A DNA stretch of 64,000 nucleotides from an uncultured Clostridium sp. (GCA_947087745.1 CAMUDX010000004.1:307-64306), one strand, 5' to 3'; positions 50,032 to 60,501 are shown, numbered from the stretch's first letter. The notes: a model not told the origin generated them from the letters alone. Made by a program: numbers and translations.

Positions 50032-50256
50032 AGGTTTTATAAAAATATATAGTAATGTAAGGAACACTCCCATAACACATGATACATAAAAGTAAAGAAA
50101 AAGTAAAGAAAATGTAATATAAAGAAAGAAATGCCTAAAAGGAACTTCCGTAAGTTGCTAATAAGCCATTAAGATTAATAAAGAAATCTATTAAAAATAG
50201 TATATTGACTAAGGAAAAATAAATAGTAAAATATAATTATAAGGAGAGATAATTAT

Positions 50257-53200
50257 ATGGAACTACAAAAAATACTAAAGAAATTAATAGCAAGTCTGCT
50301 ATTAACAATAATAATAATAGGACAAATGAGTGGTTTGCGATTTGAAACAGATGCAACAACTATAAGAAGTTCAGGAGAACATTTATATCTGGCTCTGTCT
50401 GCACTTAGACAAAGTGGAATGGGATATGGAATTGACATGGATGCAAATGGAACAACAGGAAAACAATTATGGGGAATTAGGTCGTATGAAACAGCTTCAG
50501 CGAGTAGTAATTCAGTTGTGGCATCTAACTTGTACTGTATAAAAGGATCATATGGGTACACTTGGGAAACTTTGGGTAGACCAACAGATGTGTTAACATA
50601 TAGTCAATCATCAGCAAATTTAAGTACAATAGTTCAATATGCAAATGAGTTATTATGGGTAGTAGATCATATGTATGTTCCAGGAGAAATAGATAAAAAC
50701 AAATTTTTAGAGCAAATAGGAATAGAATCATATGATGATTCAGGCAATAAGCTATATTACTACAATCCAGACTTAACACCAGGATATGATTATACAGACT
50801 TATCAAGTGGAAACGAATATGCATATACACTAACAGACGATGATATAATAGCTATACAACAAGCAGTAGTATGGTATTACACAAACTACAAAGTAGATTC
50901 ATCAACTTATGGAATATATAATAAATTAGGAAACAATAGTTCATGGTTAAAATATACAACAAATGGAACAAACTATTCAGAATTAAGTTCATTAAATAGA
51001 ACAACAGGGGAGGGACCAGCAAGGAATGAATTTGCGACTATACTATATAATTACTTAATAGATGCTGCAACAAAAGAAGTAGCAAAAGCAGGAGGAACAT
51101 ATAAGTTAAAAAATAATACAGTAAAATTATGGACAGCAACAACATATGGAAATCAAGAACAACCAATAATAGAAGTACACAAAAAACAAAAGATAGGAGA
51201 ATATGATTTAATATTAGTAAAAGAAGATGAAAATGGAGAACAATTAAACAGTACAGCAACATTCATAGTAAATGATGTAGAAAAAGTAGTAACAGGGAAA
51301 TTAACAGTAGCAAGTAAGGTGCAAATAACAGAAAGTAATTTAAATAGAACAGACACATATATAATAAAAGAAAAAATACCACCAGATGAATACTGCGAAT
51401 TTAATGGAATAATAATGGTATCAGTAACAAAGAAAGAGACAGCAGATGGATATGAAGTAGACCAAGTAACATATGTAGTAAGAGATGAAGAGGGAAATGA
51501 TATAACCCAAGAAATAGGAGATACAGTAAAAGTATATTTAAAAGATGGAAACATATATGTAAAAGTAAAAAACTACCCAGAAGAGAAAGCATTTGATTTA
51601 GCATTAAGAAAAGTAATAACACAAGTAAAAGATGCAGAAGGAAATATAAAAAGAATAGTAGATGCAAATGGAAACAGTGCTACAAGAAATGTAACAGTAG
51701 ATACAAGTACATTAAACAATGAAGATGACAATAGAAATACAGACACAGCAACATATAGACACAGAAAAGACCCAGTGCTAGTAGAAAAAGGAGATAAAGT
51801 AAAATACACAATAACAATATACAATGAAGGAGAAGAAGCAGGATATGCAAGAAAAATAGTAGACCAATTACCAGGAACATGGGGAGCAGGACTAAGACTA
51901 TTAAGTACAGCAGATGTAACATCAACAACAGGAAATGTATATGCAGTAGAATATAGTACAACAACAAATAAAGTAACATTCACATTAAAAAGTACATCAC
52001 CAAGAGAAATACCAGCATATAATGGAAAAACATTATCAAAAGAAACAATAGAATTAGAATGTGAAGTAATGGCAACAGCAGACAGGTCACAAAACATGAC
52101 ATTAACGAATATAGCATATATAGCAGAAGAATACAATAGCAAAACAAATCAAGTAATTACAATAGAAGGAGACAGAGATTCACAGCCATCAAAATACCCA
52201 ACATATAATGGAGAAAATGATATAACACAAGATGGAATAACATATGGGGAAGACATAGGATATAAAGGACATAAGAGTAATTCATCTATTTTATCACAAA
52301 ACGATACATATTATAAAGGAGAAGAAGATGATGATGACTTTGAAAAAGTAGTAATATTACCAGAAGCAAAAGAATTTGATTTAGCATTAAGAAAATTCAT
52401 AACAGAAATAGAAGAAACAGGAGTAAACGAGAACAAGAAACCAAATGAAGAAATAACAAAAACGAAGGTAACAAGTAGAATACCAGAAGTAAGTTATAAC
52501 AAAGAAACAAACCAAATAACATACACCCATAGCAAAGCCCCATTAGTAGTACATGTAGGAGACACAGTAATATATACAATAAGAGTATATAATGAGGGAG
52601 ATATAGCAGGATATGCAACAGAAATAACAGATGATATACCAGAATATTTAGAATATTTACCAGAGCATGAGACAAATGAAAAATATGAATGGAAGATGTA
52701 TGACAAAGAAGGAAAAGAAACGAAAGATGTAAGAAAAGCAGTAAAAATTAAGACAACACATCTAGCAAAAGGAGAAGGAGAAGAAAAAGGAGCGATATTA
52801 GGAAGTAGCAAATATACAGCAAACTTAATAAAAGCATTTAATCCAAAAGCAGGAATAAGTGGGACAAATCCAGACTATAGAGACATAAAAGTAGCATTCA
52901 AAGTAAAAGACCCATCTTCATCAGAATATGTAATAACGAACTTTGTAGAGATATCAGAAGACAGTGATGAATACGGAGACCCAATAAAAGACAAAGATTC
53001 AATACCAGGAAATGGAGAAGGATATCCAAAAGAAGATGATGAAGACATAGAAAACATAAGAGTAGAATACTTCGATTTAGCATTATTAAAATATGTAACA
53101 AAAGCAATAGTAACAGAAGAAGGAAAAGAAACAGTAATAGAGACAGGGAATATAGGAGACGAAAATGATATAATACCAAAAGTAGAAATAAACAGAAAGA

Positions 53201-53688
53201 AAATAAAACAAACAGTAGTAAAATTTGCATATACAATAAAAATAACAAACGAAGGAAATATAGCAGGATATGCAACAGAAATAACAGACTATATACCAGA
53301 GGGATTAGAATTTAAGAAAGAAGATAATGAAAACTGGGAAGATGAAGGAAACAGAGTAATATCAACAAGACAATTAGAGAAAGTGTTATTACAACCAGGA
53401 CAAAGTGCAGAAGTAGAAGTAGTACTAAGATGGGTAAATGAAGAGAATAATTTAGGATTAAAGAGAAACACAGCAGAAATATCAGAAGACTATAATGAAA
53501 AAGGAATACCAGATAGAGATTCAACACCAGACAACCAAAAAGAAGGAGAAGATGATATAGACAATGCAGAAGTAATATTATCAATAAAAACAGGAGGAGA
53601 AGTAAACAGAATATACTATAGCTTAGGTATAGTAGTGTTATTAATAATATCAACAGGAATAGTGTTAATAAAGAAATATGTAATATAG
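50257..53688 (+). CDS. surface adhesin paralog B (1143 aa). The TED-like head is diverged from A. From codon 252 onward it is identical to A.
   Basis: It has the same motifs (LYCIKGS, QQAVVWYYTN). By eye the first ~251 aa are about two-thirds to three-quarters identical to A. The remainder is identical. Confidence 0.8.
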   Translation: MELQKILKKLIASLLLTIIIIGQMSGLRFETDATTIRSSGEHLYLALSALRQSGMGYGIDMDANGTTGKQLWGIRSYETASASSNSVVASNLYCIKGSYGYTWETLGRPTDVLTYSQSSANLSTIVQYANELLWVVDHMYVPGEIDKNKFLEQIGIESYDDSGNKLYYYNPDLTPGYDYTDLSSGNEYAYTLTDDDIIAIQQAVVWYYTNYKVDSSTYGIYNKLGNNSSWLKYTTNGTNYSELSSLNRTTGEGPARNEFATILYNYLIDAATKEVAKAGGTYKLKNNTVKLWTATTYGNQEQPIIEVHKKQKIGEYDLILVKEDENGEQLNSTATFIVNDVEKVVTGKLTVASKVQITESNLNRTDTYIIKEKIPPDEYCEFNGIIMVSVTKKETADGYEVDQVTYVVRDEEGNDITQEIGDTVKVYLKDGNIYVKVKNYPEEKAFDLALRKVITQVKDAEGNIKRIVDANGNSATRNVTVDTSTLNNEDDNRNTDTATYRHRKDPVLVEKGDKVKYTITIYNEGEEAGYARKIVDQLPGTWGAGLRLLSTADVTSTTGNVYAVEYSTTTNKVTFTLKSTSPREIPAYNGKTLSKETIELECEVMATADRSQNMTLTNIAYIAEEYNSKTNQVITIEGDRDSQPSKYPTYNGENDITQDGITYGEDIGYKGHKSNSSILSQNDTYYKGEEDDDDFEKVVILPEAKEFDLALRKFITEIEETGVNENKKPNEEITKTKVTSRIPEVSYNKETNQITYTHSKAPLVVHVGDTVIYTIRVYNEGDIAGYATEITDDIPEYLEYLPEHETNEKYEWKMYDKEGKETKDVRKAVKIKTTHLAKGEGEEKGAILGSSKYTANLIKAFNPKAGISGTNPDYRDIKVAFKVKDPSSSEYVITNFVEISEDSDEYGDPIKDKDSIPGNGEGYPKEDDEDIENIRVEYFDLALLKYVTKAIVTEEGKETVIETGNIGDENDIIPKVEINRKKIKQTVVKFAYTIKITNEGNIAGYATEITDYIPEGLEFKKEDNENWEDEGNRVISTRQLEKVLLQPGQSAEVEVVLRWVNEENNLGLKRNTAEISEDYNEKGIPDRDSTPDNQKEGEDDIDNAEVILSIKTGGEVNRIYYSLGIVVLLIISTGIVLIKKYVI

Positions 53689-53751
53689 CATGTGAGAAAC
53701 AAATAGTAGATACTAAGAAGTATAAGGACAAATATATATTTTAAAAGTTAA

Positions 53752-53804
53752 AGCTAATTTTCAAGATTACGCAAAAATGCGCACATTTGAAAATTAGCTA
53801 TTTT
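53752..53804 (+). terminator. terminator hairpin after adhesin B (duplicate of 49858..49910)
   Basis: Identical sequence at offset 3894. Confidence 0.55.
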
Positions 53805-53881
53805 ATTGAATAGAATACAATATAAAATTGTGAATTTAGAACAAAAAGAATGACAGTAATGTATGTATTTTTTAAAATTAA

Positions 53882-53925
53882 CTTATTCTCCAGTGAGCGG
53901 GAATTCCCGCTCACTGGAGAATAAG
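53882..53925. repeat. 44-bp perfect palindrome (duplicate of 49988..50031)
   Basis: Identical sequence inside the duplicated block. Confidence 0.95.
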
Positions 53926-54138
53926 AGGTTTTATAAAAATATATAGTAATGTAAGGAACACTCCCATAACACATGATACATAAAAGTAAAGAAAAAGTAA
54001 AGAAAATGTAATAACAAAAAGCAAATGCTAGAAATAAATATCCGTAAGAGCTACAAAGTAATGGAAAAACCTGTGAAAAACAACATATTGACTATAAATA
54101 AAGAAAGTGTAAAATATATATTATAAGGAGAGAAAAGT

Positions 54139-56877
54139 ATGGAACTACAAAAGATAATGCGAAAATTTATAGTCAGTTTAATATTATCTATGCTAGTTAT
54201 ATGTCAGGTAGAATTTAATTTAAGTTCAAACGGTACAAATGCAAATAAAGGACAAGAAACACAACAAGACGAAGAACAACGTACACAGCAAAAAGTACAA
54301 AGCCAACAAAACCAACAGACCATAGAGCTAGACAATGAATTCAATTTAGCATTAAGAAAAGTAATAACACAATTAAAAGACAAAGAAGGAAACACAAAAG
54401 AAATAGTAAATGAAATAAAACAAACAGCAAAAAGAAACGTAGTAGTAAATAAAGAGAATGAAGAATTAATATATAGACATAGAAAAGACCCTGTATTAGT
54501 AGAAAAAGGAGATATTGTTATATATACAATAACAATATATAACCAAGGGAAAGAAGAAGGATATGCAACAAAAATTGTAGACCAACTACCAGGGACACCA
54601 ATGACAGGATTACGATTATTAAATACAAAAGAAGTAAAATCAACAACAGGAAACATATACACATTGGAATATAGTACAGCCACAAATACAGCAACATTTA
54701 CACTAAAAAGCACAAGTCCAAAAGCTATACCAGCATTTAATGGAAGACAATTATCAAAAGAAGAAATAATATTAGAATGCCAAGTAATGGCAGATATAAA
54801 TACCAGAGAATCAACAATATTAACAAATATAGCATATATAGAAGAAGCATATAACAAAAAGACAAATGAAGCAGTAATAATGTATGAGAATAATGACTTG
54901 CAAGGATTGACATCTCCTATATATCAAAATGAGGATGACACAAAGCAAGATGGAATAACATATGGAGATGATATAGGATATATAGGGAATACAGATAACT
55001 TAACAGATTTATCTCAAAGCAAAACATATTATAAAGGACAAAAAGATTGCGATGACTTTGAAAAGTTAATAATATCACCAAAATTATTTGATTTAAGCTT
55101 AAGACAAGTAGTAACAGAGATAGATGGAATACCAACAGAAGAAAATAGAAAAATAACAATAACAGGATTAGAAGATTTACAAGAGGAAAATTCAATAGTA
55201 ACAACAGCACAGTATAATCATGTAAAAACACCTATAGTTGTAAAAAATGGAAGTAAAGTAACATATAACATAAATATATATAATGAAGCATCAATAGATG
55301 GAACAGCAAGTATAGTAAAAAGTCAATTACCAATAGGCTTAGAACTAAATGTATCTAAATTATCAACACAATTAATAGATGGAAAGACACAATATTATAT
55401 AATTACAGAAAAGGGAAATAAATACATAGTACAATATGATGAGGCGAAAAATAATATAACTTTTAAGTTAGATACAACTATTGAAATTGCAAATATAGAG
55501 GCATTTAGTGCAAGAAAAACACTAGACTTTGATACATTGGAATTTGAATGTATAGTACAATGTGTAGCTGATGAAGAACAAAATACATATCTAACAAGTA
55601 TATCATATATATATGAACAACAGAAGGCAGATGGAACAATAATAACAGACCAAAAGGGTGAAGATAGAGATTCAGAGCCACATACAATATCAATAAAAAC
55701 AGCTAAGGAACTAAAAACAATAAATGATATAGGATATATAGGAAACATAGAAAATACAAGTGATTTAGAACAAGAAGAAACATATTACAAAGGAGAACAA
55801 GATGATGATGACTTTGAAAAACTAGTAATATTACCACAAGTATTTGATTTAAAGCTAATTCAATATGTAGATAAAATAAATAAAAAAGATGTAGGAGAAA
55901 GACTAATAAAAGTAGATACATCTAAGTTAAATACAACAGACGCAACAGGGAAAAAGATAACGACAGCAGAGTATGAAATGGAAAAAAATCCAGTATCCGC
56001 AAAAAGCCTAGACTTTGTAAAATATACATTTAGAGTATACAATGAAGGAGATTATGATGGATATGTAGAAGAGATATCAAGCAATATACCAGAAGGATTA
56101 GAAGCTTTAATGATAGGAAAAGATTCATCAAACAACATAATAATATATAGTTGGGATGGAATACTATTAAAAGATGTAACAGAAGAAATAAAAGCAACAG
56201 ACATGTATGATATAGTAATTGATACAAATAGTATATGGGGATATAATGCAAACAATTCAATAATAAAAACAACAAACTTAAAAGAAGAATTGATAAAAGC
56301 ATTTGGAAATAAAGATTATGAGGATTATGCAGACAAAGAGAATAAAATAGATTATAAAGAAACATCAGTAATATTTAGAGTAAAAGAAGAAATAACTTCA
56401 AGCGAAAAGACAATAGTAGTTGAATCAGCAATAACATCAGAAAAGGCAGTAAATCAAAATGGAGAAGAAGTAATAGATTTAGAAGGAAATAAAATAAAAG
56501 ATAGAGATTCAGATTGTGACCAATGGAAAAGAGAATATTCAGATTCAGTTTATAATAAAGACCAATGGAAAATATATAAAGAAGATGATGAAGACTATGA
56601 TAATATTGTAGTACAAGAGTTTGATTTTAAAGTAAGTCAATCTGTAGCAGAAGAGGAAGAAATTAATGAGCCACCAACAGTATATGTAGGAAATATAGAT
56701 AAATACACAACAGGATTATATGGTGAAGAAGAAACAGAAGATGATATTGATATTGCAGAGAATACAATATCAACAAAGACAGACGAAAGAATAAGAAAAA
56801 TATATGTTGTTTTAATATTAGTATCATGTATTATAATTATAGTTGGAGTAATTTTAATAAAAATATTTATATTATAA
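54139..56877 (+). CDS. surface protein paralog C (912 aa): signal peptide, Q-rich linker, DUF11-like repeats and a C-terminal TM anchor; no TED-like head
   Basis: The signal peptide MELQKIMRKF... and the upstream region are homologous to paralog B. FNLALRK/FDLSLRQ/FDLKLIQ modules are present. The LYCI and QQAV.W motifs are absent. Confidence 0.75.
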   Translation: MELQKIMRKFIVSLILSMLVICQVEFNLSSNGTNANKGQETQQDEEQRTQQKVQSQQNQQTIELDNEFNLALRKVITQLKDKEGNTKEIVNEIKQTAKRNVVVNKENEELIYRHRKDPVLVEKGDIVIYTITIYNQGKEEGYATKIVDQLPGTPMTGLRLLNTKEVKSTTGNIYTLEYSTATNTATFTLKSTSPKAIPAFNGRQLSKEEIILECQVMADINTRESTILTNIAYIEEAYNKKTNEAVIMYENNDLQGLTSPIYQNEDDTKQDGITYGDDIGYIGNTDNLTDLSQSKTYYKGQKDCDDFEKLIISPKLFDLSLRQVVTEIDGIPTEENRKITITGLEDLQEENSIVTTAQYNHVKTPIVVKNGSKVTYNINIYNEASIDGTASIVKSQLPIGLELNVSKLSTQLIDGKTQYYIITEKGNKYIVQYDEAKNNITFKLDTTIEIANIEAFSARKTLDFDTLEFECIVQCVADEEQNTYLTSISYIYEQQKADGTIITDQKGEDRDSEPHTISIKTAKELKTINDIGYIGNIENTSDLEQEETYYKGEQDDDDFEKLVILPQVFDLKLIQYVDKINKKDVGERLIKVDTSKLNTTDATGKKITTAEYEMEKNPVSAKSLDFVKYTFRVYNEGDYDGYVEEISSNIPEGLEALMIGKDSSNNIIIYSWDGILLKDVTEEIKATDMYDIVIDTNSIWGYNANNSIIKTTNLKEELIKAFGNKDYEDYADKENKIDYKETSVIFRVKEEITSSEKTIVVESAITSEKAVNQNGEEVIDLEGNKIKDRDSDCDQWKREYSDSVYNKDQWKIYKEDDEDYDNIVVQEFDFKVSQSVAEEEEINEPPTVYVGNIDKYTTGLYGEEETEDDIDIAENTISTKTDERIRKIYVVLILVSCIIIIVGVILIKIFIL

Positions 56878-56938
56878 TAAAAATATGTCTACCTTTTCAT
56901 ATGGAAAAAAATACTTTTCTTTGAAGCCAAAAATCTAA

Positions 56939-56967
56939 TTGACTACAAAAAAGTGTTATGCTATAAT
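56939..56967 (+). promoter_or_regulatory. sigmaA-type promoter (TTGACT-17 bp-TGcTATAAT)
   Basis: Hexamers at 56939-56944 and 56962-56967 with an extended -10 TG, about 80 bp upstream of the 57048 start. Confidence 0.55.
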
Positions 56968-57047
56968 CTAAAATGAAAGATAAAAAATATAAAGGTTTAT
57001 AGGCAAAACCTTAGAAAAACCTAAATATGTGATATAAGGTGGAACAA

Positions 57048-57734
57048 ATGAATCAAATTTTATATACAGGGAAAAACAAAAGCAAAACAGATGTAAGTAA
57101 AGTATTAAAAGTATTCACAGCGATATTGGTAATATTTGCTATATGCTTTATAGCATTGGGAATATACCTATACAATGGAACAAGACCACAAGAAGAGATT
57201 GTAAATAATAAACCAGAGCCAGAGCCAAAAGTAGAATCAAAAATAGATATAGCATTCTCATCAATTGCAGATGGAGTAAGGATAAAAATAAAAAGTAATT
57301 TACAAGTAACAAGTGCCACATATAGATGGGATGATGAGCCAGAAAATACTATAGACATAGGTAGCAACCTAAATGAGATTATAAAAGAAATAGCAATAAA
57401 ACAGGGAATACATAAACTATATGTTACAGTAGTAGATGAAGAAGGAAATACACAAACAAAAGAGCAACCAGTAATAGGTGATAAAGAGCCAGATTTAGTA
57501 ATAACAACAGATGGAGTAAATAATTTTATAATACAAGCAAAAGATGACGAGAGTTTATCAAGAATAAAAATTGTTTTAAATGACGAAGTAATATTAGAGC
57601 AAGAATTAAATACAGCAACATTTGAATACAAAGTAGAAATACCACAAGGAGATAGTGTAATAGAAGCAACTGTTTATAATTTGAATGATTTAGTAAGCAC
57701 TAAGAAGGGAAGAATAACAGGATTTTCTAGATAA
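57048..57734 (+). CDS. membrane-anchored hypothetical protein (228 aa) with a beta-rich extracellular part
   Basis: ORF with RBS AAGGTGG and one N-terminal TM helix. Confidence 0.6.
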   Translation: MNQILYTGKNKSKTDVSKVLKVFTAILVIFAICFIALGIYLYNGTRPQEEIVNNKPEPEPKVESKIDIAFSSIADGVRIKIKSNLQVTSATYRWDDEPENTIDIGSNLNEIIKEIAIKQGIHKLYVTVVDEEGNTQTKEQPVIGDKEPDLVITTDGVNNFIIQAKDDESLSRIKIVLNDEVILEQELNTATFEYKVEIPQGDSVIEATVYNLNDLVSTKKGRITGFSR

Positions 57735-57826
57735 GAATAATGAGATAGGAGCATTAAATATGTTCCTTTCATTCATAATCACACAAAGGCTAGATAAATC
57801 AAAATAAATTAAGAAATGGAGAGAAT

Positions 57827-58780
57827 ATGTTACAAGAAATATATATTATCGATGATGATGATTCTTCGATTGCAGTATTTAGAGAACTATTCAAAAATGA
57901 AGAAAATTATAAATTTACAAATATAAAATCAGAACAAATAGATATAGCATTAAAAAATATACCGTCATTAATAATTATAAATGAAGATGCGATACAAAGA
58001 GATATAATAGAATTATGCCATCAGATAAGACAAGATGAAGACAATACAATAACACCAGTTATAGTAGTCTCATCCAATAAAGAAAAAGAACACAGAATAA
58101 AGATATTAAATGAATCAATAGAATATTATATCAGAAAACCCGTAGATGAAGACTATTTGTTTTATACAATAAAAAATTTAGGTAGATTATTATCAATAAA
58201 CAGAACAATAAGTCCACTAACAGGATTGCCAGGAAATGTACAGATACATGCTGAACTAAAAAAGAGATTATCAAATAAAGAAGAATTTGCAGTATTGTAT
58301 TTAGATTTAGATAATTTTAAACCATACAATGATGTATATGGATTCTTAAAAGGAGATCAAGTAATACAGTATACTGCAGAAGTAATATTAAGCAGTATAC
58401 ATAGCAATGATACTAAAAACAATAAAAGTAGCAATAGTTTTGTTGGGCACATAGGTGGAGATGATTTTTTAGCTATAGTACCATATGTAGATGTTGATGA
58501 ATTATGCCAAATAATAATAGGAACTTTCGATAAAGGAATAAAGAACTTTTTTAGTAAAGAAGATTTAGAAAAAGGATATATAGAAAGCGAGAACAGAAAG
58601 GGAAATATAGAAATATTTCCAATAACAGGAATTTCAATAGGAGTAGTTATTGCAGAAAAGGATAGATTCACTAATATACTAGAGATTTCTGAAGTAGGTA
58701 CACAGGTAAAACATTTAGCAAAATCAATACAAGGAAGTAGTTATGCAATAGACAGAAGAAAACATAATAGATCAGTATAA
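57827..58780 (+). CDS. response-regulator receiver domain fused to a GGDEF-type domain with a variant GGDDF motif
   Basis: REC-like N-terminus (IIDDDD..., VVSS, IRKP). PLTGLPGN...LDLDNFKPYNDVYGFLKGDQV...GHIGGDDFLAIV is the GGDEF fold. Confidence 0.75.
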   Translation: MLQEIYIIDDDDSSIAVFRELFKNEENYKFTNIKSEQIDIALKNIPSLIIINEDAIQRDIIELCHQIRQDEDNTITPVIVVSSNKEKEHRIKILNESIEYYIRKPVDEDYLFYTIKNLGRLLSINRTISPLTGLPGNVQIHAELKKRLSNKEEFAVLYLDLDNFKPYNDVYGFLKGDQVIQYTAEVILSSIHSNDTKNNKSSNSFVGHIGGDDFLAIVPYVDVDELCQIIIGTFDKGIKNFFSKEDLEKGYIESENRKGNIEIFPITGISIGVVIAEKDRFTNILEISEVGTQVKHLAKSIQGSSYAIDRRKHNRSV

Positions 58781-58822
58781 TATAGAAACTAAAACTTAGA
58801 ATTTATTATATAATATAAATAA

Positions 58823-58863
58823 GAGCCCTCAAAAGGTATTAGTAACCTTTGAGGGCTTCTTTT
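58823..58863. terminator. bidirectional terminator between convergent genes
   Basis: GAGCCCTCAAAAGGT / ACCTTTGAGGGCTTC form a GC-rich stem with one bulge, followed by TTTT. Confidence 0.6.
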
Positions 58864-58890
58864 CAGGAGTACAACTGCAAGATTGATTAA

Positions 58891-59484
58891 TTAATCGTAA
58901 GTAGTATCAATATACTGGCTTTTAATTAATTCATTCCTTGATTGTGCTGTTGGATAGTTCTTTACATATTCCTCAAATCGGGAAATGGTTATCAGTAAAT
59001 CTGCCTTCAACTGTGTCAAGAAACTATATACATATTTTATGCTTATATCCAAATTAATAAAATCAATAGGACTGTTCTTTTTCGAAAGAAGAGAATTTGT
59101 AATGTTGATAGCTTCATCCGAAAAATAGTGAAATATGTAGTAATGTATATCATCATTAGGAACATCATTTGCAGAAAGAAGATTTATATTAATATTACAC
59201 TTCTTTGAAAAATCAACTATATCTTCAGTAATACAATATATAGAACTCAAGGTAAGTTGCAGAGAATCCAAATAGTCTTCAGGATTGTTTAAAACTTTAT
59301 CTACTTTAGTCCTCCGTTCATCACCAGGTAATATGGTACTTTTAGCTTGCTGTTCGTTTAATGGTAATAAAATATTCTTATTTCTATTAAACAACAGAAA
59401 ACTTAATTCACGATTGTGGTAACCTAGCTCTAAGATGACTACAGCATCTTTAAAGCTAATACTAGTACTGGCATTGTCTACCAT
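58891..59484 (-). CDS. hypothetical protein (197 aa)
   Basis: ORF with a GGGAGGAAATCA RBS-like sequence upstream. No motif recognised. Confidence 0.55.
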   Translation of the reverse strand: MVDNASTSISFKDAVVILELGYHNRELSFLLFNRNKNILLPLNEQQAKSTILPGDERRTKVDKVLNNPEDYLDSLQLTLSSIYCITEDIVDFSKKCNININLLSANDVPNDDIHYYIFHYFSDEAINITNSLLSKKNSPIDFINLDISIKYVYSFLTQLKADLLITISRFEEYVKNYPTAQSRNELIKSQYIDTTYD

Positions 59485-59630
59485 AATTGATTTCCTCCCG
59501 CTTATTTTAATATGTTGTCAGTATATCATATTTTACAGGTCAAGTCAATAATTTATGTAATCTGAACTTGACAAATAAGAAAGAATAAAAACAATAAAAA
59601 CACATATAAATAAGATATGGGGGGAATAAC

Positions 59631-60341
59631 ATGATAATAATAAATAAGAAAAGAATAACCGCAATATTAACATGTATACTAATAGGAGTATTTGTATTTA
59701 TATTACAAACTGGAGAGAAAGAAAAAGAGATAATAGAAACAGTCACATTACCAGTGAGTGGAAAAACTGTAGTAATAGATGCAGGACATGGAATACCAGA
59801 TGAAGGAGCAGAGAGTTCCAAAGGAACTACAGAAGCACAAACAAATTTGGCAATAGCGTTAAAGCTACAAAATTTATTAGAACAAAGTGGGTGTACAGTA
59901 ATATTAACACGTTCAGACGAAAATGCAATATATGATATAGACAGCAAGACATTAAAACAAAAGAAAATATCAGATATACGAAACAGAGTAAAAATAGGAA
60001 ATGAGTCGTCAGCAGATATTTTTGTATCAATACATTTAAATAAAATACCACAACAACAATATTATGGATGGCAAACTTTTTATAAAGAAGGAAGTGAAGA
60101 AGGAAAAAAATTAGCAACATCAATACAAGACCACTTAAATGAAGCAATACAAAAGGAAAATCATAGAGTAGCACATACAATAGAAAATATATACATAATA
60201 AAACATGTAGAAATACCAATAACAATAGTAGAATGTGGATTTTTATCAAACCAAGAGGAAGAAAAACAACTATTAGAAGACGATTACCAAAACAGGTTAG
60301 CATGGGGAATATATAATGGAATAATAAACTATTTTTATTAA
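59631..60341 (+). CDS. cwlD: N-acetylmuramoyl-L-alanine amidase, germination-specific CwlD type
   Basis: N-terminal TM helix. VVIDAGHG...E...NLAIALKLQNLLEQSGCTVILTR...R....N...ADIFVSIHLN is the Amidase_3 core. The size and architecture are typical of CwlD. Confidence 0.8.
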   Translation: MIIINKKRITAILTCILIGVFVFILQTGEKEKEIIETVTLPVSGKTVVIDAGHGIPDEGAESSKGTTEAQTNLAIALKLQNLLEQSGCTVILTRSDENAIYDIDSKTLKQKKISDIRNRVKIGNESSADIFVSIHLNKIPQQQYYGWQTFYKEGSEEGKKLATSIQDHLNEAIQKENHRVAHTIENIYIIKHVEIPITIVECGFLSNQEEEKQLLEDDYQNRLAWGIYNGIINYFY

Positions 60342-60367
60342 TAAAAGTAAGGGGATAATAGTATACA

Positions 60368-60437
60368 TTTTTTATTTTAGCTTTTTTTCTAGTCAGCGGG
60401 AATTCCCGCTGACTAGAAAAAAAGCTAAAATAAAAAA
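60368..60437. repeat. 70-bp perfect palindrome with the same AGCGGGAATTCCCGCT core as 49988..50031
   Basis: 35+35 nt checked base by base, with no mismatch. The centre lies between 60402 and 60403. Confidence 0.95.
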
Positions 60438-60501
60438 ATAAACATTATCTCCTAGTGTCTTCTGTACTATAAACGCACTATAAAAAAGTAGAAAAATAAA
60501 T

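Larger units (their letters stand above)
47116..50119 (+). repeat. 3,004-bp block identical to 51010..54013 (copy 1 of the tandem duplication, period 3,894 bp)
   Basis: The translations in all tracked frames and the intergenic bases I compared are identical at an offset of 3894. Identity starts at 47116/51010 and ends at 50119/54013. Confidence 0.9.
51010..54013 (+). repeat. 3,004-bp block identical to 47116..50119 (copy 2)
   Basis: See copy 1. Confidence 0.9.

Noticed and set aside
59540-59947. A 135-aa minus-strand ORF overlapping the start of cwlD.
   Set aside because: It overlaps a well-supported amidase gene and its promoter region. It has no recognisable motif and no RBS.
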